Assembly: GCF_006345805.1 (NCBI RefSeq)
Contig: NC_043013.1
Coordinates: forward strand, 18,290,001 to 18,354,000
Source: Octopus sinensis
Taxonomy: Eukaryota
Direction: 5' to 3'
Length of the DNA stretch: 64,000 nucleotides
The translations under genes and the position numbers were made by a program. A model generated the notes under the pieces. That model saw nothing but the letters and a program-made list of their open reading frames with translations, did not search any database and was not told the origin of the DNA. This document shows, piece after piece, positions 25,556 to 38,320 of this stretch; the first letter of the stretch is position 1; each line of letters starts with the position of its first letter.

Positions 25556-27125
25556 ATCATACAGTCTACCTTTTACTCTGAGCGAGAGGCTCTTTATCAC
25601 CAGTAGAGGTAGGAGCTCTCTGAACTTTGCCCAGGCAATTCTTATTCAAGCAGCTACACTTTCAGAGCGTCCACCTAGGTAATGGAAGCTATCAACTACT
25701 CCTAGTTTTTCTCCCTGGAATGTTACAGAAGTTGTTCTCTGCACATTTTCAGTGTTTATTGCTCCTGAGCATCTGCCACATACAAAAACTATTTTCCCAT
25801 TTAGCCTTCCTTTGATATTGCTGCACCTCTTGTGTCCATAGCTTACACTGGGTACATCTTATGGAGTTTCTACTTATGCTTTTTCTACAGATCAAGCAGG
25901 GCCATCTACCTGAAAGGATTTGTAGTTTGTCTGCTTTCCTACTGATTAAGACTTTGGTTTTAGGTAGGTTGACTCTAAGGCACTTCGATTCTAATCCTTG
26001 TTTCCACACCTGAAACTTCTCTAGTTCTGATAGTGACTCAGCAATTAGAACAAGGTCATCAGCATAGAGGAGCTCCCAGGGTCATCCTGTCTTGAATTCC
26101 TCTGTTATTGCCTGGAGGACTATGATGAATAAGAGTGGGGCTGAGGACTGATCCTTGGTGGACCTCTACCAGGAATTCTTCATTGTACTTGTTGCCAACC
26201 CTAACCTGACAGTGTCCCTGTACATGGCTTGCACAGCTCTCACTAACCATTCATCTATCCCTAGTTTCCTCATTGACCACCAGACAAGGTATCAGGAGAC
26301 CCTGTCAAAGGCTTTCTCCATGTCAACAAGAGCCAGGTACAGAGATTTATCTTTGGCTAGGTATTTCTCCTGCAGCTGCCTTACCAGAAATATAGCATCA
26401 GTGGTGCTTTTCCCTGGCATGAACCCAAATTGCATCTCATCTAAACTGATTCTCTCCCTAATTAGTTGGGCTATGACCCTCTCCATGACCTTCATTACCT
26501 GATCCAAAAACTTGATACTTCTGTAAATATTTGTATCTAATGCATCACCTTTACCTTTGTAGCAGTTGAGTATGGTGCTGCTACACCAGTCATTGGGTAT
26601 GACTCCTTCATGTATCACCTGGTTGACTAGGTTATAGCCGACACTGCCAGATATTTTGAGCATCTCTGCGGTGATTCCTGATAGGCCGGGGGCTTTCCCT
26701 GTCTTCATATCCTTAATTGCTTTACCTACCAATGTACTGTCAATTCGGATAGCTGATCCCTCTGTTGAGTTGATATTCAGAGAGACTCTCTTTCTCCCAT
26801 TCATTCTCTTTATTTAGCAAACTTTCATAGTAGCATCTCCAAACCTCTCTCTTTGCAGCCTCGTTTAATGCAAGTGAACCATCATCCATGCAGACACATT
26901 TCTCTCCTATGACATCATGATTGATTCTCTCTCTCACACTGTCTTACAACACGAAATACCTCAAGTCTTTGGTCTTCACGGCGCAGAACTTTGGCAAATT
27001 TCTTTTGGTCAGTGGCCCTCAACAGGTTGTCCTGTAGAAACCTACAGTTGTCTTCCACATCCCCCTCTATTTTGTCAAAAGCTTTGAGTAATACGTCTCT
27101 AAATCTCTGTCCATTCGCAGATATA
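25556..27125 (-). pseudogene. RTE-clade LINE pol fragment (RT with frameshifts)
   Basis: KAPGLSGITAEMLK, QFGFMPGKSTTDAIF, VDMEKAFDRV, VHQGSVLSP, YADD region, KTKVL, Cys-rich insert. Confidence 0.95.
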
Positions 27126-27872
27126 TTAAAAACTAGAAACCATGTTAATATTTTGATGTATGCATGTGTGTGTGTGTATGTATAAGTATATATATATATA
27201 TATATATATATATAATGTATACACACACACTTGTTTATACATACACACATGCATACACAAACACACACATATAGCCATTAAAAACACGTTTCTATTGATT
27301 TCCCTTTTCTTTTTCCTTTGGCAAATGCTCAAACATTTGGAGAAATGGTACATCTGTGTGACATTTATTATGCTTTTTCAAATAAATAATGATGTAAAGA
27401 AGTGAGTCCTCTATAACTGGGAATGAAAACGCACACAAGCAAATATGTTAACCCCTTTTACAGAGCAAATGATCATCAGAGGTTGTGTCCTTCGAATGTT
27501 TTAGGGTGGAGGACCAAACCCTTATATTATTTATAAAGTAGGTTTATTTCTATCGTGGTTAGTGCTGTTTAAACCCAGGTCAATTGCAATCAAAGATTTA
27601 TAATTAAAAGCGTTCCATCTGTGACCATCCAGTCCATTTTGTTTTTGTTTCAGATAATGTGTTTTATCTTTTACTTGTTTCACTCATTCGACTGTGGTCA
27701 TGCTGGGGCACTACCTTAAGAAGCTTAGTTGAACAAATCGATGCCAGTACTTATTTTTAAGCTTGGTACTCACTCTATCAGTTGCTTTTGTCACACCGTT
27801 AAGTTAAAGGATGTAAATAAGCACTGGATATCAGATGAAGGCACTGCAAAAACAGACACATATATATACACG

Positions 27873-28175
27873 TGGAGGTGCAATGGTCCACTAGTTAGGG
27901 CAGCGGACTCATGTTGTAGGATCACGGTTTCGATTCCCAGACCGGGTGTTGTGAGTGTTTATTGAGCGAAAACACCTAAAGCTCCATGAGGCTCCGGCAG
28001 GGGGTGGTGGCGATCCCTGCTGTACTCTTTTGCCACAACTTTCTCTCACTCTTTCTTCTATTGGCCTGCTTGCTTAGCCAGTGGGGTCGCGTCATTTGAA
28101 GGCTAAAACAATGTGAAGCGCATTGTGACCAGCGATGTGTAACAACATCTGATAGCCTGGTCGGTCACGGTGATA
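27873..28175 (+). mobile_element. SINE family A, tail type 1
   Basis: Inverse homologue of 13491-13798. Confidence 0.85.
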
Positions 28176-28730
28176 TATACACACATATATGTATATATAG
28201 GACCAGGCTTGTATATTCTAGGTGTGCTAGGTGTGTGCTGCACACCTATCGAAACTAGCAAATTCATTATAAATATTAATCTTATTAATTTAATCACAAA
28301 TTTTAATGGAAAACTTTTGTTATATCCCTGCTTGAAAATTGGTAAGTTCATAACTGGGGACCAGAACTTTCGTGGGAAAAAAATTTCGCCTCCCACCATG
28401 TATAGCAGAGTAGCACACTTCCCACTTTGTGATTTAGCTGTGATTCTGCGAGCTCTAAGGTAAAGTTCAAACCTTTGTAGCTACCATTTCCAGTTCTCGG
28501 CTATGTTGCCTTTGTGATTAAGCTCATTTGGGCTTCTTATCTGATTCATTCGGACAATTATTCAATTCCTCTTCTCACACCATGTAAATTATGACATGAC
28601 ACAGGGTGCAGCCATTACTATGTGTATTTGTTATGTCATACATTATAAACTTGTGACGTCACACTTTGTGTGCACATCTTAACGCAAAGTCACTGTCATT
28701 ACACCCACCAAATTCCCTCACAAATCAGTC

Positions 28731-29404
28731 CAGGGCGCAAAATTTTTTTCCCCACAAGAGTTCTGGACCCCAGTTATGAACTCATTTGCATACAGCCAAT
28801 CAAAGCTCAACTATCAAACTAGTGTCCACCTAGCCACGAAAATACTCTGGTTGAGTTCAGTGGAAAATGTACGTTATAGCAAAATGTAAGTCCTAAACGG
28901 GTTAATAGTGGTAACAAATGGGAAATTTAGTGTATAAAGTGAATGGGGAGCATTGATGATGCAAATTTGCTTAATTTACTAGAAAATGTAGATTAGGGTA
29001 GTTTGCTAATTTTTTTACTGATTTTGTACATTCTTAATTCAAAATGGTGTTGATCGGAAACTTCGTAATCAATATGGTGTTGTGTCGTACTGTATGTACC
29101 CTCCTTGCATATATCAATGGGTACATGCAGTATCACTAATCTCAGTCTGAGTGTAGGTACTTAATGTTAGCTCCATACAGAGATGGTGCTGAATTGATCT
29201 ATGAGGGTGGTGGAGGGGGTATGTGGAGCTTATGTGAGCCCTACTATGCAGTACTCGCATAGTGGCATACACCATTCTATGCCTAACTGGCTGTATTGTA
29301 GCAGTTCAGTTTGTGAATTTTAAAGGTGAACTCCGATTGGCTGTATGCAAATGAGTTCATTACTGTGGACCGGAACTCTAGTGGGAAAAAAATTTCGCGT
29401 ACGG
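28731..29404. mobile_element. Foldback element with ~80-bp inverted arms carrying octamer and CCAAT motifs
   Basis: Left atttgcat 28784-28791 and ccaat 28796-28800; right attgg 29336-29340 and atgcaaat 29345-29352; partial third copy 28345-28392. Confidence 0.6.
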
Positions 29405-30614
29405 GGCTTTGGTAGAAGACACTTGCTGAAGGTGCCACGCAGTGGGACTGAATCTAACAAAGCAGGCTTCTTAATCACTCGGCTATGTTAATCTAAAGCG
29501 TCTCCATGTTTTAAATAAAAAAAATATTGTTACGGAAAAAAAAAACTATGTTTTAAAACTTAAAATTTTGGAAAAAATATGAAAACTACTGCTCACCTTT
29601 TGTTAATTATATTGTGGATAATAAGTTTTTCAAGATGCTCAAACATCAAAATATGGTTTATCGGAGTTTTTTCGATTTAAGGCCACAGAGTGAAAGCGAG
29701 ATATTCGGTAAAAATATCTGGCAATTTGTGCTGCATAACTATGGACAATAATATGGAATACTTCGGTTGGACAGAAGTGCAAGACAACGTCTAAGGCTTT
29801 AAACATTCCACCTTCCTTAGAATCCAGGAACCCATCTGGCGAATGGCGAAAATAATGGGCTTGTTAATTGTACATTTCCGCATTGTTAACTATCAACGAG
29901 GCCAGAAATTTCATTAATGTTACAATATCTGCAATTTTTGTGATGATGAATTACGTCTGAACTAAATATTTTCTGCCATTTCGCCACTGCTCATTGCTTT
30001 TTGCACCATTAGAACTCGTTCAACCAGTGAAAAATGAAGTGTGCAGCTTTTATTGCCGATTATGTTCGAAAATTTACAGAGATTTCGACGTTCGGCTTCA
30101 CTTTAAAGATCGATGGATTTACTAATGTTTTAACAGAATTCTTTAGGTTTATATTTAATAGAGAGAGGCAAAGTTATCATAAGCAATTGACACTGATATT
30201 TCAAAAGAAAAAATAACTTTTTGTAGAAAATTTTTTTTTAAAATCCTTATCTCTATGTTTTAAACGTAGACCAACCCACAGGTAAAAAAAAATCGAAAAA
30301 CTTAAAAACCCAAAATTGTGGGTGAGATAATGAAAAGTTTGGAAAACTTTTTTGCAGCATAATCTCCGTTATAAAAATCCGAAAAAAATTCTTGAAAAAA
30401 AAAAGTGACGGTGTTGGTAAGCTATTCGACATATCTATTACCAAACAATACCAATGTTTCCACTTTCATTTTGAGGTCGTAAACCGAAACAGACCTTCCT
30501 TAAATTATATTTAAAAAAACTCTACTGTAGGCATCCCCAACCACGGGGTTGCACCGAAATAATTAAATTCTTAATTTTACTTTTTGTTGATTATCGTCGT
30601 CTGCAGTGGCTAGG

Positions 30615-30830
30615 GACGGCGAGCTGGCTGAAACGTTAGCGCACCGGGCGAAATGCTTAGCGGTATTACATCTGTCGTTACGTTTTGAGTTCAAATTCCG
30701 CCGAGGTCGACTTTGCCTTTTATCCTTTCGGGGTCGATAAATAAAGTACTAGTTTCGCACTGGGGTCGATGTAATCGACTCAATCCCTTTGTCCTTGTTT
30801 GTCCCCTCTATGTTTAGCCCCTTGTGGGTA
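30615..30830 (+). mobile_element. SINE family B
   Basis: Head and core as at 20799. Confidence 0.85.
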
Positions 30831-31609
30831 GCAGTGGTTTCTCTTTTTTATAATTAAATTATATATTATGCACTTTATTGTGTTTTGTTACGCGCGTGAT
30901 CCCCAGTTCTGTGGAGAAATTATCTCGCAAAAAAAGTTGTGGGCTGCTTCCCTTTGTGACGCAGCAGTAGTTCACAGTGCAATATCGTACATCATTAGAG
31001 AATCACAACAGTAAAATGTGAATCGAGAGAAATTTGGCTGCTATATTTAGCAAGTCGAGAGAACAGGTTGTGGCTCCTTGGTTTCTTCTTTCATGTCGAT
31101 AAATCTTCTGCTTTTTATAGAAGCAGGATTATGTAGTATTAATACCCTTTTCTTTTTTTATATGTATTCAAAGTGTCGCCGGTAAATTGATTTCAACTGT
31201 AAATGTATATAAACACAACACATTAGCTTTTTATCAACGAACGTTGCAGACGGTCGCCATTTTGTACATATATATCAAAATATAATAAACAAGAAATTGA
31301 TATATAGATTGTCTTTTTGAAGAGAACAAAATCGAAGAGGACAGTGAGATTATCTGTCTTCATATTCATAATTTTCTTCCAAACGTATTTGTAGCGGCAC
31401 AAGTGATATGAATTGACTTCAGATGATAATTTTATAAAAGGAGCCTCCCAGTTGCTAGAAATATCAGCTAAATCTTCCTCGATTCACCCTTGATGTTTTA
31501 TAAATTATTTATGAAGACGAATGGCTTGAATATTTTTGATCACAGGCTTTCTCGGCCAAGGCTAATATGGAGATAAGCAACAATTCGGTCTAGCTAAGAA
31601 GTATACTTA

Positions 31610-33054
31610 TACTGGGGTGTCGGATAAATTCGTTCGTTTCTTTTTTCGTTTCCATTTACTTTTCATCAACAATTTTAACAAATCGGTCAATATATTCTCT
31701 TATGTCGTTCACGATTTCTTGCCAGCATTCCACTAGCTTCTTGTCACTCGCTTCCTATTAAGTGCTGTGCCTTGGGATTGTTCTATTCTGGTGGACCCTA
31801 AAGCCATTCGATGTTTAAAAACTAGCTTTATAGATGCTCCTTTCGAATTTCCTTTTTGCTTCTCACGCATTGACTTGTGTTTCTTCCAAAGAAACATTTT
31901 TTAATGGACCCTTAAAATACTACAGTAGATCTCCAATTTACTTTTTGCTTGTGTGGATTCCCAAAAGACTTACACGGACCCCATTTGAGAACCGCTGCAC
32001 TAGCTTTTCTGTGTGTTAATGGTAGAAATTATTGGGTTTGGGGCAAGAAGAATCTATCGAGTCACGTTTTCACCTCCATGTCGTTGTTAAACAAAACCGC
32101 CTCGCAGGCTCGAAAACGCCGACAACCTGAAAACACTGTTTCAAGAGAAAACGGTAGATGTGGTAAAACTTCTTGAATAGCAATTTTTGGACAAAATTAG
32201 TGATTAGGGGTGGGGGCATTGTATTAAAGAAGCACGCCATGTCGCTGGTGGATTGCCTTGTTGAGTCGGCAAAGCATTGCATTGATCGTGTGATTATTTT
32301 CAAGCATTCCGTAGCAGATGAGCTCACCTAACGCAGACCAGTAGTGTCTTGAGTTGATGGGGTTCTAGCTTGGTTCGTAGTGTTGCTTGCTTGTCGGGAC
32401 TTAGCCATTCTTTTTCCTGCTTCATATTAACATAAAGACACCAAATTTTCATCACAAGTGACGATACGGTGAAGAAATCTGTTTGTATACACAAGAAGTC
32501 TGGTGTCGGGGAGCGCTGGAGTTTGTCTTTTCCATTCAAAGCGTGTGCCACCCATGCACCATGTTTTTGGAAACTTACACATCAAATGAAGATGACAGGC
32601 GACAGTATGATGAAAGCATCCCATCCACTAGACTAATTTGCTTGTTGATTTGTGCGGATCTTCGTACATGAGTTCCTTCAATCAAATACTCTTTGGATTG
32701 AACGTGTTAGTTGGAACACGAAAAGTTTGTGAGTTCGAATTTCTCCTCTTTTCAGCACGAAAACCATTTCAAATGTCTTGAGTAGCTTTCGCAACTTTGA
32801 AACCTTGATTAAAGACGTTGAGAACGAAGAGGAGCAGGTCTCCGAAACGTTCGTTCTTTCCTCTCCAGGACACACAATCGTCTTATGGATAAAACGAGGT
32901 AAAATTTTTTTCAAACTCCAACAACGATAAACAAAAGTTGTAGAGGAAGAATAGTGCTTAAAAAAAAAACAAAAAAACTCCCAATGAAACACTAAGATAA
33001 AACTATTTTCCGTGTTAATTCAAATAACACTGGAAACGAATTATCTGATAACCC

Positions 33055-33058
<4 letters not shown>
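31610..33058 (-). mobile_element. Mariner element, full length but defective transposase
   Basis: Imperfect TIRs (ta)ctggggtgtcggataaattcgttcgtttc / gaaacgaattatctgataacccat(ta); fragments FNQGFKVAKAT and FLHRIVTCDEN; many stops and frameshifts. Confidence 0.85.
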
Positions 33059-33127
<69 letters not shown>

Positions 33128-33280
33128 CGTATTTATGTATGTAGATACATGCATACGTATACATACACATATCTATTTCATCATTTTACTTTTTATTTTC
33201 ATATCTGAAAATACTGAGGAAGCCAGAAAAAAAAAAAAAAAATCGATTTCTCTATCGAAGACAGAATATTAGTCAAATAC

Positions 33281-33388
33281 GTTGAGAATCATTTTGGTCA
33301 TCATTCTCTCAATCTCTCGTCTTCTCTCTTCTTTATCGGCATTCATATTTTTCTCGATGTTTTCATTGTTACTGGCGACTTTGTTCAT
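33281..33388 (-). CDS. Candidate first coding exon of an unidentified gene: MNKVASNNENIEKNMNADKEERRREIERMMTKMILN
   Basis: Pyrimidine-rich acceptor ttgttgcctttcttctacaatag (AG at 33402-33401), in-frame TAA just upstream of the ATG, phase-0 donor AAC|gtattt; not repetitive. No downstream exons could be linked. Confidence 0.4.
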
Positions 33389-33939
33389 TATTTAACAGAT
33401 CTATTGTAGAAGAAAGGCAACAAAATCACAAAATATCGTAAAAAAACAAACAAGGAAAAACAACTCATAAAAGGGAAAGTAAGTGTAGAAATGCAGCCAT
33501 GATGAGCTACTATTATAGTTTGAGGCAAATATACTAGAAGAAGACAAAAAATAAAAGGAAATACAAACGAAAGGAGAATAAAAATAATCGGAACAAAAGT
33601 GATGAAAATATTATGAAACAGTTAACACATCTTCATGTTTGAAATATTCATAAGTTTATTCACATAATTTAGCCATCGCACGACCTGATAATTGTCTGCT
33701 ATAGGGCAAGCAAACTCTCCGGACACGATGCTTTCATGAATAATATATTTTCTATAATGACGGTATTGAAGTGAAAAAAAAAAACAACACAGAAGACAAA
33801 AATCTCCCCACAGAGAAAATTTATGGACAAATAAATGAAGGAATCCATAAAATAAAATAAAGGTCGACACTAAACTAAATATATATTTGGTGCTAGCTTT
33901 TGTAGACAGACAAACAGATGGAGGAATGTCTTTTGATGT

Positions 33940-34030
33940 TTGGACGAAGATTGCGCAATGGATATTCGCGAGAACAGTAAATTCTTTACATAAACGTGAA
34001 ATCATCACTTCTCCCTCCACCCCACTCCCA
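33940..34030 (-). promoter_or_regulatory. Possible promoter region
   Basis: Local CpG retention with palindromes attgcgcaat and tcgcga about 0.6 kb upstream of the candidate exon. Confidence 0.2.
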
Positions 34031-34144
34031 GAAGTAACAAAAGTCCACTATGTGGTCTTTTAATCTGCAAGAAGTAACAGCTAAACCGCTCTTTCGATAA
34101 AAAAAGGGGTATAAACTGAATGTAATATAATTTAATCACATGTA

Positions 34145-34560
34145 TATTAGTTTCAAATTTCTGTATTTTTCGTTTGTCACTGTTATTTATGACAACCCTA
34201 ACCCTAAAACCCTAACCTTAACCCTAAAACTTTAAAACCAGTACAAACGCACGAACGATGTCATATATAACAGTGACAAACGAAATATACACCGCCGATA
34301 ATTGTTGTTGACAAACAATAGCAGTAATTTTATTCAGCTGAATACACGTCATTGATTGGTTGAAAAAACCGAAATACGAGAACTTTAATGTGAAATAACT
34401 TCGTAAATATAAGTTTTTCTCAAAAATGCTAAGAGTAAAACATGTTTTATATGACACATTCTACCAGTGTCCGAAGTTTGAAAGTGTTTAGTTACCAAAA
34501 ATTATTTTTTAAATCTGTAGGTCAAAAAGTAAAGATCCTTTTTTCGACCTGGAAAGGATG
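34145..34560. mobile_element. Helentron-associated (HINE/DINE-like) non-autonomous element
   Basis: Subterminal inverted repeat tttcgtttgtcactgttat / ataacagtgacaaacgaaa enclosing (CCCTAA)-like repeats. Confidence 0.5.
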
Positions 34561-34624
34561 AAAGTCAAATCGCGATCGGTGATATTTGAACTGAGAACGT
34601 AAAGTCGTAAGAAATGTTGCTAAC

Positions 34625-34815
34625 CATTTTGCCGGTGCGGTAACGATTCTTTTCTACTCTAAGCACAAGGCCCAAAATTTTTGGGGAGGGGGCCAGTCAA
34701 TTAGATTGACCCTAGTACGCTACTGGTACTTAATTTATCGCCCCCGAAAGGATGAAAGGCAAAGTCGACCTTGGCAAAATTTGAACTCAGAACATAAAGA
34801 CATGAAATACTACTA
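34625..34815 (-). mobile_element. SINE family B (rearranged)
   Basis: Inverse core gatgaaaggcaaagtcgacc. Confidence 0.75.
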
Positions 34816-35351
34816 AGCATTTCGCCCGGTGTGTTGCCGTCTTGCATTAAAATATTATTGTCTAAAAATAAAAATGGGATGGTCGCAACTGGAAAGTCTT
34901 TGAACATAGATCTCTTTTGTGAGAACTGATTTTGGGCTAAAGGATAGCAACAGGAAACTTAGTTATTAGTGCAGTTATTATTGCCGTTCTTGTTTAGCAC
35001 TAGAATAGATTTTCAGAAGTTTGAAGAGGAAAGATGTCCCAGTTGTGACCACCCTGTCCTGTTTTTAACTAGATATAATATATCCCAGACTATGTCATAC
35101 AAAAGGTTTTGTCTGTTATAAAACAGTAATATGATTTGGTTGCTATTTTTAGCAAAACATAGACATAATACTGCAAATTATACAACACTATGGCACCTTC
35201 TTACTGCTAGGGGGACTGGATTCTTAACAGTTAAGTGTCTTGGTCATGGACACAGAACAGAGAAGTATACCACACTGTGATACCGAATTACAGTTTAGTA
35301 GACTGTTGACAGCTGTTTTGGTCATTGACACAGTACAGTGAACTGAGAGGT

Positions 35352-35855
35352 AATATTTATCCTCCCTTAAACGTGGATGTTCTATCAGGACAAACTATAC
35401 TGTGGTAGATACCATGAAAAAAAATTCTCATATTGGTTTTTGATACAAAATGTGCTCCTGCTAATATCACTAGCAAGGAGATAAACCCCTTCTATCTCCA
35501 GTGTTAAGACCACCAGATCACGTGATTTCGCCCTTCCTTGATCTCGTCGGTGATGGATGCTCATCTCCCCACCAGCGACATAAAATAACAGTGCCAGAAT
35601 AGGCACTGGTATTGCAATTAGCTAGTGAGTTTGTTAAAAAATATATATTAACGACAGAGGCAGTATTAATACCAAAAGATAATATTTAACCCCACTTAAA
35701 CATGGATGTTCTGTTAGGACAAACTATACTGTAGTAGATACAATGAGAAAAACTCTCATATTGGTTTTTGGAGCAAAATGCACTTTTGTCTATATTGCTA
35801 GCAGGGAGAAATCTCCCTGCCATCTCCAGTGTTGAGACTACCAGTAGACCACGGA
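35352..35855. repeat. Two diverged direct copies of a ~175-bp unit (35352-35525, 35682-35855)
   Basis: Shared aggacaaactatactgt, ctcatattggtttttg and atctccagtgtt blocks. Confidence 0.75.
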
Positions 35856-36159
35856 TATATTTGAAAGGGATCACGGTAGTGATTTATGAACCAACAGTAT
35901 GGTTTGTCTGTTTGTTGTCTCGGAACAATAGAAACAAAACAGACTAATTAAAGTGTCTCAATGAGGTGAAATGAGCTGTTAGAAATAGCAACCAGATTCC
36001 TGCAAAATGCACTTTACCATGCTAAGAATTGAAGGACATACTAGGCAATATAGTCTGAGATATGAAAAAAAGAAAATGAACATGACTAGGACATCTCTTC
36101 TCGGTAGTTTGTTTTATTAGAGTTTGACTGATATTTAACTAAAACAGAAATTTCAGCAA

Positions 36160-36615
36160 TAGTAGTGGTAGTGCTTGTGGTGATGGTGGTGGTAGTATTA
36201 ATAGTAGTAGTAGCAGCAGTAGTTGTAGTAATTGTAGAAGTAGTAACAGTAGTAGTAGTAATTGTAGTAGTAGTAGTAGTAGTAGTAGTAGCAGCAGCAG
36301 TAGTTGTAGTAATTGTAGAAGTAATAATTATCGTAGTTGTGGTACTAGTAGTAATTGCAGAAGCAGTAACAGTAGTAGTAGTAGTAGTAGCAGCAGCAGT
36401 AGTTGTAGTAATTGTAGAAGTAGTAACAGTAGTAATTGTAGTAGTTGTGGCACTAGTAGTAATTGCAGAAGTAGTAACAGTAGTAGTAGTAGTAGTAGTT
36501 GTAGTAATTGTAGAAGTAGTAACAATAGTAATTGTAGTAGTTGTGGCACTAGTAGTAATTGCAGAAGTAGTAGTAGTAGTAGTAGTAGTAGTGGAATTGT
36601 TGGTGGTAGTAATAG
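36160..36615. repeat. (AGT)n-based trinucleotide array with higher-order units
   Basis: Recurring gtagttgtagtaattgtagaagtagtaac and gtggcactagtagtaattgcagaag blocks. Confidence 0.9.
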
Positions 36616-37023
36616 CAAAAGAAGTAGAATTTGTTGAAACAGTATTCAAAGCACCTTGTTTTCTTTGTGCGTTTGTGTTGTGGAGGGTCTGGCGCATCTA
36701 CCGGAGAGTAAGGTTGATCATTTTACCTGATTGCTAGTTTCTTCTCAGGGAAATCAAGAAAGGGGGAAAAAAGACAAAAGACTTGCATAAAACAGGAACT
36801 GCAACAACAACAGCAACAACACAGCAGTAACAACACAGCGGCAATAACAACCACAACACCTTCATGCCCTACATAGAGAATAATTTACCACTTGCTGGCA
36901 CTGGTTCTAATTATGTCTGGAATGGCACCAACCCAATACACATACAATTCACAATGTCTCTCACTCCCTCCTTCCTCTCTCTCACTCTACTCTCTCTCTC
37001 TCTCTCTCTCCATATATATATAC

Positions 37024-37055
<32 letters not shown>

Positions 37056-37693
37056 ATGTGTGTATTTATGTGTATGTGTTTGCATATATACATGACTTGC
37101 CTGGTGGCTTGGTGTGTTGGGATGATGATTGAAAGGTCATTGGTTCAATTCCTGGATTAGGCAACACATTGTGTCCTTCAAGGATAAGGCACTTCATTTC
37201 ATGTTGCTCTTGTCTACTCAGGTGGAAATGAGTACCAGTCTAATACAGGTGCAGCTCACTGTCCTTCCAACCGTCACATCCTGGGTGTGCCACTGACCCA
37301 TGAGTTGGAGAGACCAGAGTATGTCACTATCTACTTGTGACTACACAAGCACTTAAACAATTAGTAAAAGCAGGATACAAGCTACCAGTTAGTATTCACT
37401 TGTGGTTGACAGTTAAGTCTATACATACCTGCATGCAAACACACACACACCACATGCAAATATAAATTTTGCCATACATATACGTAAGGCAGAATTGTTA
37501 GCACACTGGGCGAAATGCTTAGTGAAGCAACATTCTGTCTGTCTTTATATTCTGAGTTCAAATTCCACTGAGGTCAATTTTGTCATTCATCCTTTTGGAG
37601 TCAATAGAATAAGTACCAGTTGAATGCCGGGAGTGATATAGTCGACTTAACCCCTCTCCCAAAATTCCTGGCCTTGTGCCTACAGTAGAAAAG

Positions 37694-37819
37694 ATTATTC
37701 TCGTATCAGAATGTTGGTTGTGATTTCGAAGTTTCAGCCAGTTAAACCATCATCGGATGATGGTTTAACTGGCTGAAACTTCGAAGTCACTGACAACAAC
37801 ATGCTTGTATAAGAATAAT
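37694..37819. repeat. Palindrome: 30-bp perfect arms, 1-nt centre (37755), ~60-bp imperfect arms; contains HHR 3' half
   Basis: ttcgaagtttcagccagttaaaccatcatc-g-gatgatggtttaactggctgaaacttcgaa. Confidence 0.9.
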
Positions 37820-37944
37820 AAATTTGTACTCTATAATGATGTAGAGTAACCCTTCAGATTAATGTAAAATTGTTTATATTATAACTGAACATAAAAACAA
37901 ACATTAATATATATGCACACACACATATATATATATGTATACTT

Positions 37945-38320
37945 TTATTCTTTTACTTGTTTCAGTTATTTGACTGTGGCCATGCTAGAGCACTACCTTA
38001 CAGGGTTTTTTAGTTGAAGAAATCAATGTCAGGACTAGTCTTTGTAAGCCTAGTACTTATTCTATCATTCTCTTTTGCTGAACTGCTAAGTTGTGGAGCT
38101 GTAAATACACCAAGTGTCAAGTGATGGTGGGGGGACAAACACAGACAACCACATACACACACGACAGGCTTCTTTCAGTTTCCATCTACCAAATCCATTC
38201 ACAAGGCTTTGGTCCACCCAAGGTTATAATAGAAGACACTTGCCCAAGGTGCCACACAGTGGGACTGACTCTGGGACTATGTGGTTGGGAAGCAAGCTTT
38301 CTACTACACAACAATGCCTG
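37945..38320 (-). mobile_element. SINE family C
   Basis: Homology to 38768-39170. Confidence 0.8.

Noticed and set aside
29620-29960. ~75-codon open minus frame faintly like an IS630/Tc catalytic region
   Set aside because: Catalytic Asp not present and similarity too weak to call by eye.
31250-31265. YY1-like CGCCATTTT promoter motif
   Set aside because: Single short motif; the associated ATG frame (MATVCNVR) stops at once and orientation is ambiguous.
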